From Nemertoderma westbladi (lineage: Eukaryota; Animalia; Xenacoelomorpha), in the NCBI GenBank assembly GCA_032718475.1, contig JAUCBJ010009120.1, forward strand, positions 41,909 to 105,908: a stretch of DNA of 64,000 nt, in the 5' to 3' direction. Numbering within the stretch: the stretch's first letter is position 1; every line of letters begins with the position of its first letter. The notes under the pieces are model-generated. The model was not told where the DNA came from. It saw only the letters and a program-made list of their open reading frames with translations, and ran no database searches. The translations under genes and the position numbers were made by a program. Positions 15,001-26,078 of the stretch are shown one piece after another.

Positions 15001-18000
15001 GGTGAGTCCATGAGGTTCCTCACGAGTTAGCTGAGTCCATAAGCTTCCTCACGAGTTAGGTGAGTCCACGAGCTTCCTCACGAGTTAGGTGAGTCAATGA
15101 GCTTCATCATGAGTTAGGTGAGACCATGAGCTTCCTCACGAGTTGGGTGAGTCCATGAGCGTCTTCACGAGTTAGGTGAGTCCATGAGCTTCCTCACGAG
15201 TTAGGTGAGTTATTGAGTTTCCTCGTGAGTTAGGTGAGTCATTGAGTTTCCTCACGAGTTAGGTGAGTCATTGAGCTTCCTCGTGAGTTAGGTGAGTCCA
15301 TGAGCTTCCTCACGAGTTAGGTGAGTCCATGAGGTTCCTCACGAGTTAGCTGAGTCCATAAGCTTCCTCACGAGTTAGGTGAGTCATTGAGCTTCCTCGT
15401 GAGTTAGGTGAGTCAGTGAGCTTCCTCGCGAGTTAGGTGAGTCAATGAGTTTCCTCACGAGTTAGGTGAGTCCATGAGCTTCCTCACGAGTTAGGTGAGT
15501 CCATGAGGTTCCTCACGAGTTAGCTGAGTCCATAAGCTTCCTCACGAGTTAGGTGAGTCCACGAGCTTCCTCACGAGTTAGGTGAGTCCATGAGTTTCCT
15601 CACGAGTTAGGTGAGTCCATGAGTTTCCTCACAAGTTAGATGAGTCCATGAGCTTCCTCACGAGTTAGGTGAGTTCGTGAGCTTCCTCACTAGTTAGGTG
15701 AGTCCATGAGCTTCCTCACGAGTTAGGTGAGTCCATGAGCTTCCTCACGAGTTAGGTGAGTCCATGAGCTTTATCGCGAGTTAGGCGAGTCCATGAGCTT
15801 CCTCATGAGTTGGGTGAGTCAGTGAGCTTCCTCGTGAGTTAGGTGAGTCATGGATCTTCCTCGTGAGTTAGGTGAGTCCATGAGCTTCCTCACGAGTTAG
15901 GTGAGTCCATGAGCTTCCTCACGAGTTAGGTGAGTCCATGAGTTCCCTCACAAGTTAGGTGAGTCAATGAGCTTCCTCACGAGTTAGGTGAGTCCATGAG
16001 CTTCCTCACGAGTTAGGTGAGTCAATGAGCTTCCTCACGAGTTAGGTGAGTCCATGAGCTTCCTCACGAGTTAGGTGAGTCCATGAGGTTCCTCACGAGT
16101 TAGCTGAGTCCATAAGCTTCCTCACGAGTTAGGTGAGTCCACGAGCTTCCTCACGAGTTAGGTGAGTCAATGAGCTTCATCATGAATTAGGTGAGACCAT
16201 GAGCTTCCTCACGAGTTGGGTGAGTCCATGAGCGTCTTCACGAGTTAGGTGAGTCCATGAGCTTCCTCACGAGTTAGGTGAGTTATTGAGTTTCCTCGTG
16301 AGTTAGGTGAGTCATTGAGTTTCCTCACGCGTTAGGTGAGTCATTGAGCTTCCTCGTGAGTTAGGTGAGTCCATGAGCTTCCTCACGAGTTAGGTGAGTC
16401 CATGAGGTTCCTCACGAGTTAGCTGAGTCCATAAGCTTCCTCACGAGTTAGGTGAGTCATTGAGCTTCCTCGTGAGTTAGGTGAGTCAGTGAGCTTCCTC
16501 GCGAGTTAGGTGAGTCAATGAGCTTCCTCACGAATTAGGTGAGTCCATGAGCTTCCTCACGAGTTAGGTGAGTCCATGAGGTTCCTCACGAGTTAGCTGA
16601 GTCCATAAGCTTCCTCACGAGTTAGGTGAGTCCACGAGCTTCCTCACGAGTTAGGTGAGTCTATGAGTTTCCTCACGAGTTAGGTGAGTCCATGAGTTTC
16701 CTCACAAGTTAGATGAGTCCATGAGCTTCCTCACGAGTTAGGTGAGTTCGTGAGCTTCCTCACTAGTTAGGTGAGTCCATGAGCTTCCTCACGAGTTAGG
16801 TGAGTCCATGAGCTTCCTCACGAGTTAGGTGAGTCCATGAGCTTTATCGCGAGTTAGGCGAGTCCATGAGCTTCCTCATGAGTTGGGTGAGTCAGTGAGC
16901 TTCCTCGTGAGTTAGGTGAGTCATGGATCTTCCTCGTGAGTTAGGTGAGTCCATGAGCTTCCTCACGAGTTAGGTGAGTCCATGAGCTTCCTCACGAGTT
17001 AGGTGAGTCCATGAGTTCCCTCACAAGTTAGGTGAGTCAATGAGCTTCCTCACGAGTTAGGTGAGTCCATGAGCTTCCTCACGAGTTAGGTGAGTCCATG
17101 AGGTTCCTCACGAGTTAGGTGAGTCCACGAGCTTCCTCACGAGTTAGGTGAGTCAATGAGGTTCATCATGAGTTAGGTGAGACCATGAGCTTCCTCACGA
17201 GTTGGGTGAGTCCATGAGCGTCTTCACGAGTTAGGTGAGTCCATGAGCTTCCTCACGAGTTAGGTGAGTTATTGAGTTTCCTCGTGAGTTAGGTGAGTCA
17301 TTGAGCTTCCTCGTGAGTTAGGTGAGTCCATGAGCTTCATCATGAGTTAGGTGAGTCCATGAGCTTCCTCACGAGTTAGGTGAGTCATTGAGCTTCCTCG
17401 TGAGTTAGGTGAGTCAGTGAGCTTCCTCGCGAGTTAGGTGAGTCAATGAGCTTCCTCACGAGTTAGGTGAGTCCATGAGCTTCCTCACGAGTTAGGTGAG
17501 TCCATGAGGTTCCTCACGAGTTAGCTGAGTCCATAAGCTTCCTCACGAGTTAGGTGAGTCCACGAGCTTCCTCACGAGTTAGGTGAGTCCATGAGTTTCC
17601 TCACGAGTTAGGTGAGTCCATGAGTTTCCTCACAAGTTAGATGAGTCCATGAGCTTCCTCACGAGTTAGGTGAGTTCGTGAGCTTCCTCACTAGTTAGGT
17701 GAGTCCATGAGCTTCCTCACGAGTTAGGTGAGTCCATGAGCTTCCTCACGAGTTAGGTGAGTCCATGAGCTTTATCGCGAGTTAGGCGAGTCCATGAGCT
17801 TCCTTATGAGTTGGGTGAGTCAGTGAGCTTCCTCGTGAGTTAGGTGAGTCATGGATCTTCCTCGTGAGTTAGGTGAGTCCATGAGCTTCCTCACGAGTTA
17901 TGTGAGTCCATGAGCTTCCTCACGAGTTAGGTGAGTCCATGAGTTCCCTCACAAGTTAGGTGAGTCAATGAGCTTCCTCACGAGTTAGGTGAGTCCATGA

Positions 18001-21000
18001 GCTTCCTCACGAGTTAGGTGAGTCCATGAGGTTCCTCACGAGTTAGGTGAGTCCACGAGCTTCCTCACGAGTTAGGTGAGTCAATGAGCTTCATCATGAG
18101 TTAGGTGAGACCATGAGCTTCCTCACGAGTTGGGTGAGTCCATGAGCGTCTTCACGAGTTAGGTGAGTCCATGAGCTTCCTCACGAGTTAGGTGAGTTAT
18201 TGAGTTTCCTCGTGAGTTAGGTGAGTCATTGAGCTTCCTCGTGAGTTAGGTGAGTCCATGAGCTTCATCATGAGTTAGGTGAGTCCATGAGCTTCCTCAC
18301 GAGTTAGGTGAGTCAGTGAGCTTCCTCACGAGTTAGGTGAGTCAATGAGCTTCCTCACGAGTTAGGTGAGTCAATGAGCTTCCTCACGAGTTAGGTGAGT
18401 CCATGAGCTTCCTCACGAGTTAGGTGAGTCCATGAGGTTCCTCACGAGTTAGCTGAGTCCATAAGCTTCCTCACGAGTTAGGTGAGTCCACGAGCTTCCT
18501 CACGAGTTAGGTGAGTCCATGAGTTTCCTCACGAGTTAGGTGAGTCCATGAGTTTCCTCACAAGTTAGGTGAGTCAATGAGCTTCCTCACGAGTTAGGTG
18601 AGTCCATGAGCTTCCTCACGAGTTAGGTGTGTCCACGAGCTTCCTCACGAGTTAGGTGAGTCCATGAGCTTCCCCACGAGTTAGGTGAGTCCATGAGTTC
18701 CCTCACAAGTTAGGTGAGTCAATGAGCTTCCTCACGAGTTAGGTGAGTCCATGAGCTTCCTCACGAGTTAGGTGAGTCCATGAGTTCCCTCACAAGTTAG
18801 GTGAGTCAATGAGCTTCCTCACGAGTTAGGTGAGTCCATGAGCTTCCTCACGAGTTAGGTGAGTCCATGAGGTTCCTCACGAGTTAGCTGAGTCCATAAG
18901 CTTCCTCACGAGTTAGGTGAGTCCACGAGCTTCCTCACGAGTTAGGTGAGTCAATGAGCNNNNNNNNNNNNNNNNNNNNNNNNNNNNNNNNNNNNNNNNN
19001 NNNNNNNNNNNNNNNNNNNNNNNNNNNNNNNNNNNNNNNNNNNNNNNNNNNNNNNNNNNCACGAGTTAGGTGAGCCAATGAGCTTCCTCACGAGTTAGGT
19101 AAGTCAATGAGCTTCATCATGAGATAGGTGAATCAATGAGCTTCCCCACGAGTTAGGTGAGCCAATGAGCTTCCTCACGAGTTAGGTGAGTCAATGAGCT
19201 TTCTCACGAGTTAGGTGAGTCAATGAGCTTCCTCACGATTTAGGTGAGTCCATGAGCATCTTTACGATGTAGGTGAGTCAATGACCTTCCTCACGTGTTA
19301 GGTGAGTCAATGAGCTTCGTCACGAGTTAGGTGAGTCAGTGAGCTTCATCATGAGTTAGGTGAGACCATGAGCTTCCTCACGAGTTGGGTGAGTCCATGA
19401 GCGTCTTCACGAGTTAGGTGAGTCCATGAGCTTCCTCACGAGTTAGGTGAGTCCATGAGCTTCCTCGCGAGTTAGCTGAGTCAATGAGCTTCCTCACGAG
19501 TTAGGTGAGTCCATGAGCTTCCTCACGAAGGTGAGTCCATGAGGTTCCTCCGAGTTAGTTGAATCCATGAGCTTCCTCATGAGTTAGGTGAGTCCATGAG
19601 CTTCCTCACGAGTTAGGTGAGTCAATGAGCTTCATCATGAGTTAGGTGAGACCATGAGCTTCCTCACGAGTTGGGTGAGTCCATGAGCGTCTTCACGAGT
19701 TAGGTGAGTCCATGAGCTTCCTCACGAGTTAGGTGAGTTATTGAGTTTCCTCGTGAGTTAGGTGAGTCATTGAGCTTCCTCGTGAGTTAGGTGAGTCCAT
19801 GAGCTTCCTCGCGAGTTGGGTGAGTCAGTGAGCTTCCTCACGAGATGGGTGAGTCAGTGAGCCTCCTCGCTAGTTAGGTGAGTCAATGAGCTTCCTCACG
19901 AGTTAGGTGAGTCCATGAGCTTCCTCACGAGTTAGGTGAGTCCATGAGGTTCCTCACGAGTTAGCTGAGTCCATAAGCTTCCTCACGAGTTAGGTGAGTC
20001 CACGAGCTTCCTCACGAGTTAGGTGAGTCCATGAGTTTCCTCACGAGTTAGGTGAGTCCATGAGTTTCCTCACAAGTTAGGAGAGTCCATGAGCTTCCTC
20101 ACGAGTTAGGTGAGTTCGTGAGCTTCCTCACTAGTTAGGTGAGTCCATGAGCTTCCTCACCAGTTAGGTGAGTCCATGAGCTTCCTCACGAGTTAGGTGA
20201 GTCCATGAGCTTCCTCGCGAGTTAGGTGTGTCCATGAGCTTCCTCATGAGTTGGGTGAGTCAGTGAGCTTCCTCGTGAGTTAGGTGAGTCATGGATCTTC
20301 CTCGTGAGTTAGGTGAGTCATTGAGTTTCCTCGCGGGTTGGGTGAGTCATTGAGTTTCCTCGCGGGTTAGGTGAGTCAGTGAGCTCCCTCGTGAGTTAGG
20401 TGAGTCAATAAGCTTCCTCACGAGTTAGGTGAGTCAGTGAACTTCCTCGTTAGTTAGGTGAGTCATGGATCTTCCTCACGAGTTGAGTGAGTCATTGAGT
20501 TTCCTCGCGGGTTGGGTGAGTCATTGAGTTTCCTCGCGGGTTGGGTGAGTCATTGAGTTTCCTCGCGGGTTGGGTGAGTCATTGAGTTTCCTCGCGGGTT
20601 GGGTGAGTCATTCAGTTTCCTCGCGGGTTGGGTGAGTCAGTGAGCTTCATCGTGAGTTAGGTGAGTCAGTGAGCTTCCTCACGAGTTAGGTGAGTCATTG
20701 AGTTTCCTCGCGGGTTGGGTGAGTCATTGAGTTTCCTCGCGGGTTGGGTGAGTCATTGAGTTTCCTCGCGGGTTGGGTGAGTCATTGAGTTTACTCGCGG
20801 GTTGGGTGAGTCATTGAGTTTCCTCGCGGGTTGGGTGAGTCATTGAGTTTCCTCGCGGGTTGGGTGAGTCATTGAGTTTACTCGCGGGTTGGGTGAGTCA
20901 TTGAGTTTCCTCGCGGGTTGGGTGAGTCATTGAGTTTCCTCGCGGGTTAGGTGAGTCAGTGAGCTCCCTCGTGAGTTAGGTGAGTCATTGAGTTTCCTCG

Positions 21001-21174
21001 CGGGTTGGGTGAGTCATTGAGTTTCCTCGCGGGTTGGGTGAGTCATTGAGCTTCCTCACGAGTTGAGTGAGTCATTGAGTTTCCTCGCGGGTTGGGTGAG
21101 TCATTGAGTCTCCTCGCGGGTTGGGTGAGTCATTGAGTTTCCTCGCGGGTTGGGTGAGTCATTGAGTTTCCTCG
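1..21174 (+). repeat. 29-bp tandem satellite, about 730 visible units, consensus CATGAGCTTCCTCACGAGTTAGGTGAGTC; intronic in the SLC39A gene; runs off the left edge
   Basis: Period of 29 read directly (AGTTAGGTGA at 541 and 570). Variant units and higher-order blocks are present. Copy number is array length divided by 29. Confidence 0.99.
18960..19059. other. Assembly gap (100 N) inside the satellite
   Basis: Run of exactly 100 N, so the true array length is unknown. Confidence 0.99.
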
Positions 21175-21301
21175 GGGATTAATCTGCTCCACTATGAATT
21201 ACGTGAGCCAGGGATATTCTTATAAGCATAAGCGATTATATTACAGTAATGCGTGAAGCTATTTTGAGCGACTGTTTATTTGATTTTACTTTTTCCCCCA
21301 G

Positions 21302-21489
21302 GCGACTTTGCTGTACTGTTAAGCAGCGGTATGTCGGCCCGACAAGCGCTGGTTTACGCCGGTCTCTCTTCCTTTCTCAGCTACGTAGGATTGGTGATTG
21401 GGCTTCTAACCGGAGCAATTTCCGGGTCCACACTCTACATATTCGCACTGGCCGGTGGTTTATTTCTATATATCGCCTTGGTTGATATG
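21302..21489 (+). CDS. Penultimate coding exon of a LIV-1 subfamily ZIP (SLC39A) zinc transporter
   Basis: Acceptor TTTTACTTTTTCCCCCAG, phase 1. Encodes (G)DFAVLLSSGMSARQAL...IFALAGGLFLYIALVDM, typical of ZIP TM5-TM7. Donor ATG|GTAAGT at 21490. Paralogue cannot be assigned. Confidence 0.95.
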
Positions 21490-21598
21490 GTAAGTTTAGT
21501 GTTTGTTACTCTGTTAGGTTTCTCCTTGGTTGTCTAAAACTCCGCGGTTACAATGTCGGTTACAATGTCGGTTACAATATTTTAATGTTCCTTCGTAG

Positions 21599-21757
21599 AT
21601 TCCCCACATGCAGTCCACTGCTCTGTCTGACCAACGAGAACACAACAGCAGTATGGGTGCCTTACTAATCGCCCAGGCTACCGGGTTGCTTTCCGGTCTA
21701 GCCATTATGGTTCTCATAGCAACGTTCGAGGATGACCTCAGCTTTGACCTCGAATAG
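21599..21757 (+). CDS. Terminal coding exon of the ZIP/SLC39A transporter
   Basis: Acceptor TTCCTTCGTAG, phase 0. Translates IPHMQSTALSD...LLIAQATGLLSGLAIMVLIATFEDDLSFDLE*, matching the ZIP TM8 pattern Q..GLL.G..IM.LIA.(Y/F)E. Not shown in this frame in the ORF track. Confidence 0.92.
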   Translation: MPHMQSTALSDQREHNSSMGALLIAQATGLLSGLAIMVLIATFEDDLSFDLE

Positions 21758-21984
21758 TCCATCGTGTATAGACATGGGAACTTACAGGGCTGATCCGCGT
21801 AGTCATACCGACTTGAACCGGAAGTCCACCGCTTAGAAGAATTTTTAAAGATCTGTTACATGGATTTAATATTGTTATTGTAAGGAAAGAAGAGTTTTAC
21901 ATTGAAAACAATAGTGTTCTGTAAATAAGAGTTTAATAACTGATCATTCATATTAATACAGATTTTCCTTATTTTGCCAAAAAA

Positions 21985-22007
21985 AATAAATGTTAAATTA
22001 AAATAAA
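21985..22007 (+). promoter_or_regulatory. Candidate polyadenylation signals (2x AATAAA) for the ZIP gene
   Basis: AATAAA at 21985 and 22002, about 230 nt after the stop. The AT-rich context lowers specificity. Confidence 0.45.
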
Positions 22008-22989
22008 TGCATTAACGACGGATTAGTTTCCCAGTTTTTATTTTTACCCCTAACATCACATTGTAAATCACAAAATGTAAGATGATTATAAACTACGTGC
22101 ATTGAAATAATAAATATCAAATATTATACAACATACTATTTTTTTACCATTATCAAAAAATGTACCGTTTTAAAAATGTGCAATTAAAATATATAACATA
22201 TTATGTAAAAAATATTTTACATTGGGAGCTATTATCGTAAATGTTTTTATAAACGGATTTAACCTAAAATCAATGATATTCAACTACAATCAATTAAATT
22301 AATTTTATATGATAACTTTTTGAATTGTAATTTAATGTTATGAGATCGGATATACTCAATTTCGTTATCACTCGGTTCACATAGATTTATAAGATTTCGC
22401 AGACCGGAATATTGGCATCCGGGTTGATACCCGAATATTTTGTACGATAGAATTATAACCTACATTGGATACTGGGATTTCTTGTGGTTAAATAGAAAAT
22501 TTAGCGGAATATTTACATTTCTCAGCTTTCCATTTTAAAGAAACAACAACGTAAGAAATCACCACGAGTCCCTATGAATGACCCAGTTGAGTGTCTATTG
22601 TGTCACTGGATTGGTTTCGTATTTTGCATTGTAATCTAATGAATTAGGTCGGTAATTTTGTTAAAGTATAATTTTGTTTTTACATTATGTCTCACAAGCG
22701 CGTAGACGAAGTACACGATAATCTCTCTGCTTTGCGGTTTTTTGTAGTTTTTATAAGTTTAGTCAAGCACTGGTATATACATATTTATGTTTTGTCGCCC
22801 CAAAACATTTACATACAGTAAATAATAAATGTTTTCATAATGATAAAAATAATACATTGATGCTTCACGGTGCGCCAGTATATCGACAAAGAATTTTGTA
22901 CTACTTTTAGTAGACCTGTTTTTTGTACTTCTAAAATACTCATAAATAGATAGATACAGGGTGTCGCATTATTCATTTTTTAGCGGATA

Positions 22990-23212
22990 GGGGGAAAACT
23001 GGACGCAATAAAAATTCATCGCTCTCCAGGGGAAATTGGACGCAAATAACAGCTGATTACTCTCAAAAATAAAACTGTAACCTGTTCTATTGTATTTAGT
23101 TTATTGTTTTGGTTAAAATAACGTGCCACTGTAACCTGCTCCTTTCCCTAAATTGAGAATTTAACATTTAGGCGGGATATTAATTCGCCAGGATGGGATT
23201 TGCGTCCAGTTC
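22990..23212. repeat. Dispersed repeat (MITE-like), with inverted copies near 35520-35610 and 36330-36490
   Basis: TTTTGGTTAAAATAACGTGCCACTGTAACCTGCTCCTTTCCCT recurs reverse-complemented near 35525 and, more diverged, near 36394. Boundaries are approximate. Confidence 0.7.
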
Positions 23213-24113
23213 CCCCCCCCCCCCCCCTGTCTCTTTTTTTAGACTTCAATTATTTAGATTTTTGTTAGTTTGAGTGAATTAATTCTTGGCCTTTTTAGTT
23301 TCCCGGTAACATACCGGGGGTTTGGTTGCCTTGGTACCACGTACCTCATTAATATTATGTTGAATAATACATCATGAAATTTAAATTATTAATATTTTTG
23401 TGCAGAAAATCCTGTTTTATAGTAAAAACGTATTTTTGGCCAGATTTTTTGATTCAAAGATTTACTAGTGACCTACACTGATACACGACCTACTATTAAC
23501 TTTTATAGTACGTCATTATTGAAAACTTTAACTGTATTTTTGTACAGGTAGACCTATACGGAGTTACAATGACTTCGTAATCTCAGGCATTGTTTGTAAC
23601 GTGTTTTGGAGTATATTAAGTAATTGATAATAATATGTATTGAATTGATATTAAATAGTATTAACAAAATCGTATTATTAAAGTGGTTGTTCCTCTTTCT
23701 TAATATGATTTAGCGTAAATGGTTTTAACGTGGTGTTAATAATTGTATTACCAGTAATCACTACAGTTAACTATTGTACTTTATGAAATGCTCATTAGAA
23801 ATCACTTTGTATTATTCAATTAAATGTTCTTGTTTATAAACAAGATGTTCTAAACACAAATGTTTAGAATCTCTTAGTTTAAAATCATATGTTGGCTAAT
23901 ATACTTATTAATTTATATATATATAATTATTGTAACAATGAAAATGTAATCTTTGGAGCGCAAAGTGCTGCTTTACTTATATTAATTTTTTATTATCAAT
24001 AATAATTTGACAATTATTTATTTGGTGCGATCCTGCCCGTTGCCACTGTAATAATAATGATTGCCTATTGTGTACCGGTACCGGTATGTGTGGTGTGTAG
24101 GCCGACATGAACG

Positions 24114-24710
24114 TAGTGTTTATATGGGATCAGACTTTCCGGGATTTTCGGGATCGGGATTATCACTCTGGGGATCCCGATTTTCGGGATCGGGATTATC
24201 ACTCTGGGGATCCCGATTTTCGGGATCGGGATTGCAATTTTGAATTAAATTATTAGTTAGTATAAGTTCATAGTATATGTGGCGGGTTTTGGGTAACACA
24301 CTTTATCTTACACTTCAGAAATATTAGTAATATAAATTTATATTAAAATTATTTTGCAATTGATTACTGGATGGTTTACTTACATAAAAATTCGATATAA
24401 TCAAAACATTTCCGTTCTGCTGGAACTATTTATCAGATATTCAACAAATTTACTTAAATATATATTATATTATTCGGGATCCCGTTCTAAATAAGTCGGG
24501 ATCGGGTCCGGGATTTCCATTTTTCGCCGGGATCCCGGTTTTTCGGGATCGGGATCCCGTTTAAACACTAAAATGTAGTTAATTTTGTACTAAAGTATAC
24601 AATGTCCGGGACCGCAATCTCAATATATTGCAGAGTGGACATGGGAGTCTAGAGTTTAAACGGGACCCGATCGCGGAACTCCCGGTAAGTCTGATCCCGT
24701 TTAAACATTA
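24114..24710. mobile_element. Non-autonomous DNA transposon with GGGATCCCG/CGGGATC subterminal repeats (possibly hAT-like)
   Basis: Imperfect inverted ends TAGTGTTTATATGGGATCAGACTTTCCGGGA and TCCCGGTAAGTCTGATCCCGTTTAAACATTA. Extra internal ends near 24570 and 24650. No clean TSD seen. Confidence 0.6.
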
Positions 24711-25365
24711 GTGAACACTAACACTCAGGGTCTGATGCGTTGGAATGGTTTGTTACGTATATCGTTATTGTGAATGATCTGATGCTATTATCTGAAAGTG
24801 ATTTACCCAACGAATTCTAACTCTAGTTCCAGACACTTATTGTTTAATGAATGCTTCATAGTCTGGTGTTTATTACCTGTTAGACAAAGAATAACGTGGC
24901 GCTTCGTTTTGAATTGAGTGTTTGTAATTGTGAATAATGATAATAGATTTTGAAATCTGTAAGTAAGTGTTTATTCTACAAAATGTTTTTGTATTGCAAA
25001 TTTAGCGGCATATTTATATTTTGTTGCATCTCATATATTAACGTATTGATTTATTGCCATGCCAATTTAATCTACTTTTCATTTATATTTTACGGCACAA
25101 AAGTTGTGTTGAACTTTGTTACTGTTGGTAAAAATTGTAGAAGGCCTAGTAGGATAATTAATGGGCTTTGGCTAGTTTTTTTATTGTTTTATAAAGAAAA
25201 ATTTATTAAATAAAATTGTTTTAAAAACACCCTTGTAGCCATTTTCGTTTGGAATGTACCTCTAAAAGTTAAAAAAAAGTCGCCACTAAAACTTTCGAAA
25301 CGTTGATTAAAAGTCGCTTCAAAGTGGGGACTATTTTTTGAAAAGGAAAAATAGAAGCTGAGCAG

Positions 25366-26078
25366 CATTGTTCCATTTATGGTGTAACTTTATGGTTCAT
25401 TGTTCCATTTATGGTGTAACTTTATGGTTCATTGTTCCATTTATGGTGTAACTTTATGGTTCATTGTTCCATTTATGGTGTAACTTTATGGTTCATTGTT
25501 CCATTTATGGTGTAACTTTATGGTTCATTGTTCCATTTATGGTGTAACTTTATGGTTCATTGTTCCATTTATGGTGTAACTTTATGGTTCATTGTTCCAT
25601 TTATGGTGTAACTTTATGGTTCATTGTTCCATTTATGGTGTAACTTTATGGTTCATTGTTCCATTTATGGTGTAACTTTATGGTTCATTGTTCCATTTAT
25701 GGTGTAACTTTATGGTTCATTGTTCCATTTATGGTGTAACTTTATGGTTCATTGTTCCATTTATGGTGTAACTTTATGGTTCATTGTTCCATTTATGGTG
25801 TAACTTTATGGTTCATTGTTCCATTTATGGTGTAACTTTATGGTTCATTGTTCCATTTATGGTGTAACTTTATGGTTCATTGTTCCATTTATGGTGTAAC
25901 TTTATGGTTCATTGTTCCATTTATGGTGTAACTTTATGGTTCATTGTTCCATTTATGGTGTAACTTTATGGTTCATTGTTCCATTTATGGTGTAACTTTA
26001 TGGTTCATTGTTCCATTTATGGTGTAACTTTATGGTTCATTGTTCCATTTATGGTGTAACTTTATGGTTCATTGTTCC
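25366..26078. repeat. Perfect 32-bp minisatellite, about 22 copies (CATTGTTCCATTTATGGTGTAACTTTATGGTT)
   Basis: Period 32; no variant units seen. Confidence 0.98.

Noticed and set aside
1-21174. CRISPR array interpretation of the 29-bp repeats (also the 32-bp and 47-bp repeats)
   Set aside because: Units are contiguous with no unique spacers, there are no cas genes, and the context is eukaryotic.
1-21174. Array as a cassette of alternative micro-exons diversifying the HELPHE motif
   Set aside because: Only 7 nt separate the coding parts and most units have no acceptor in front of CAT, so there is no support without transcripts.
1-21174. Telomeric-like TTAGG and AP-1-like TGAGTCA within the unit
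   Set aside because: Both arise automatically from the Leu-Gly codons and the donor sequence; one TTAGG per 29 bp is not a telomeric tract.
21249-21762. ORFs 21249-21485 and 21514-21762, and the ends of ORF 21280-21537
   Set aside because: Alternative-frame, antisense or intron read-through shadows of the ZIP exons.
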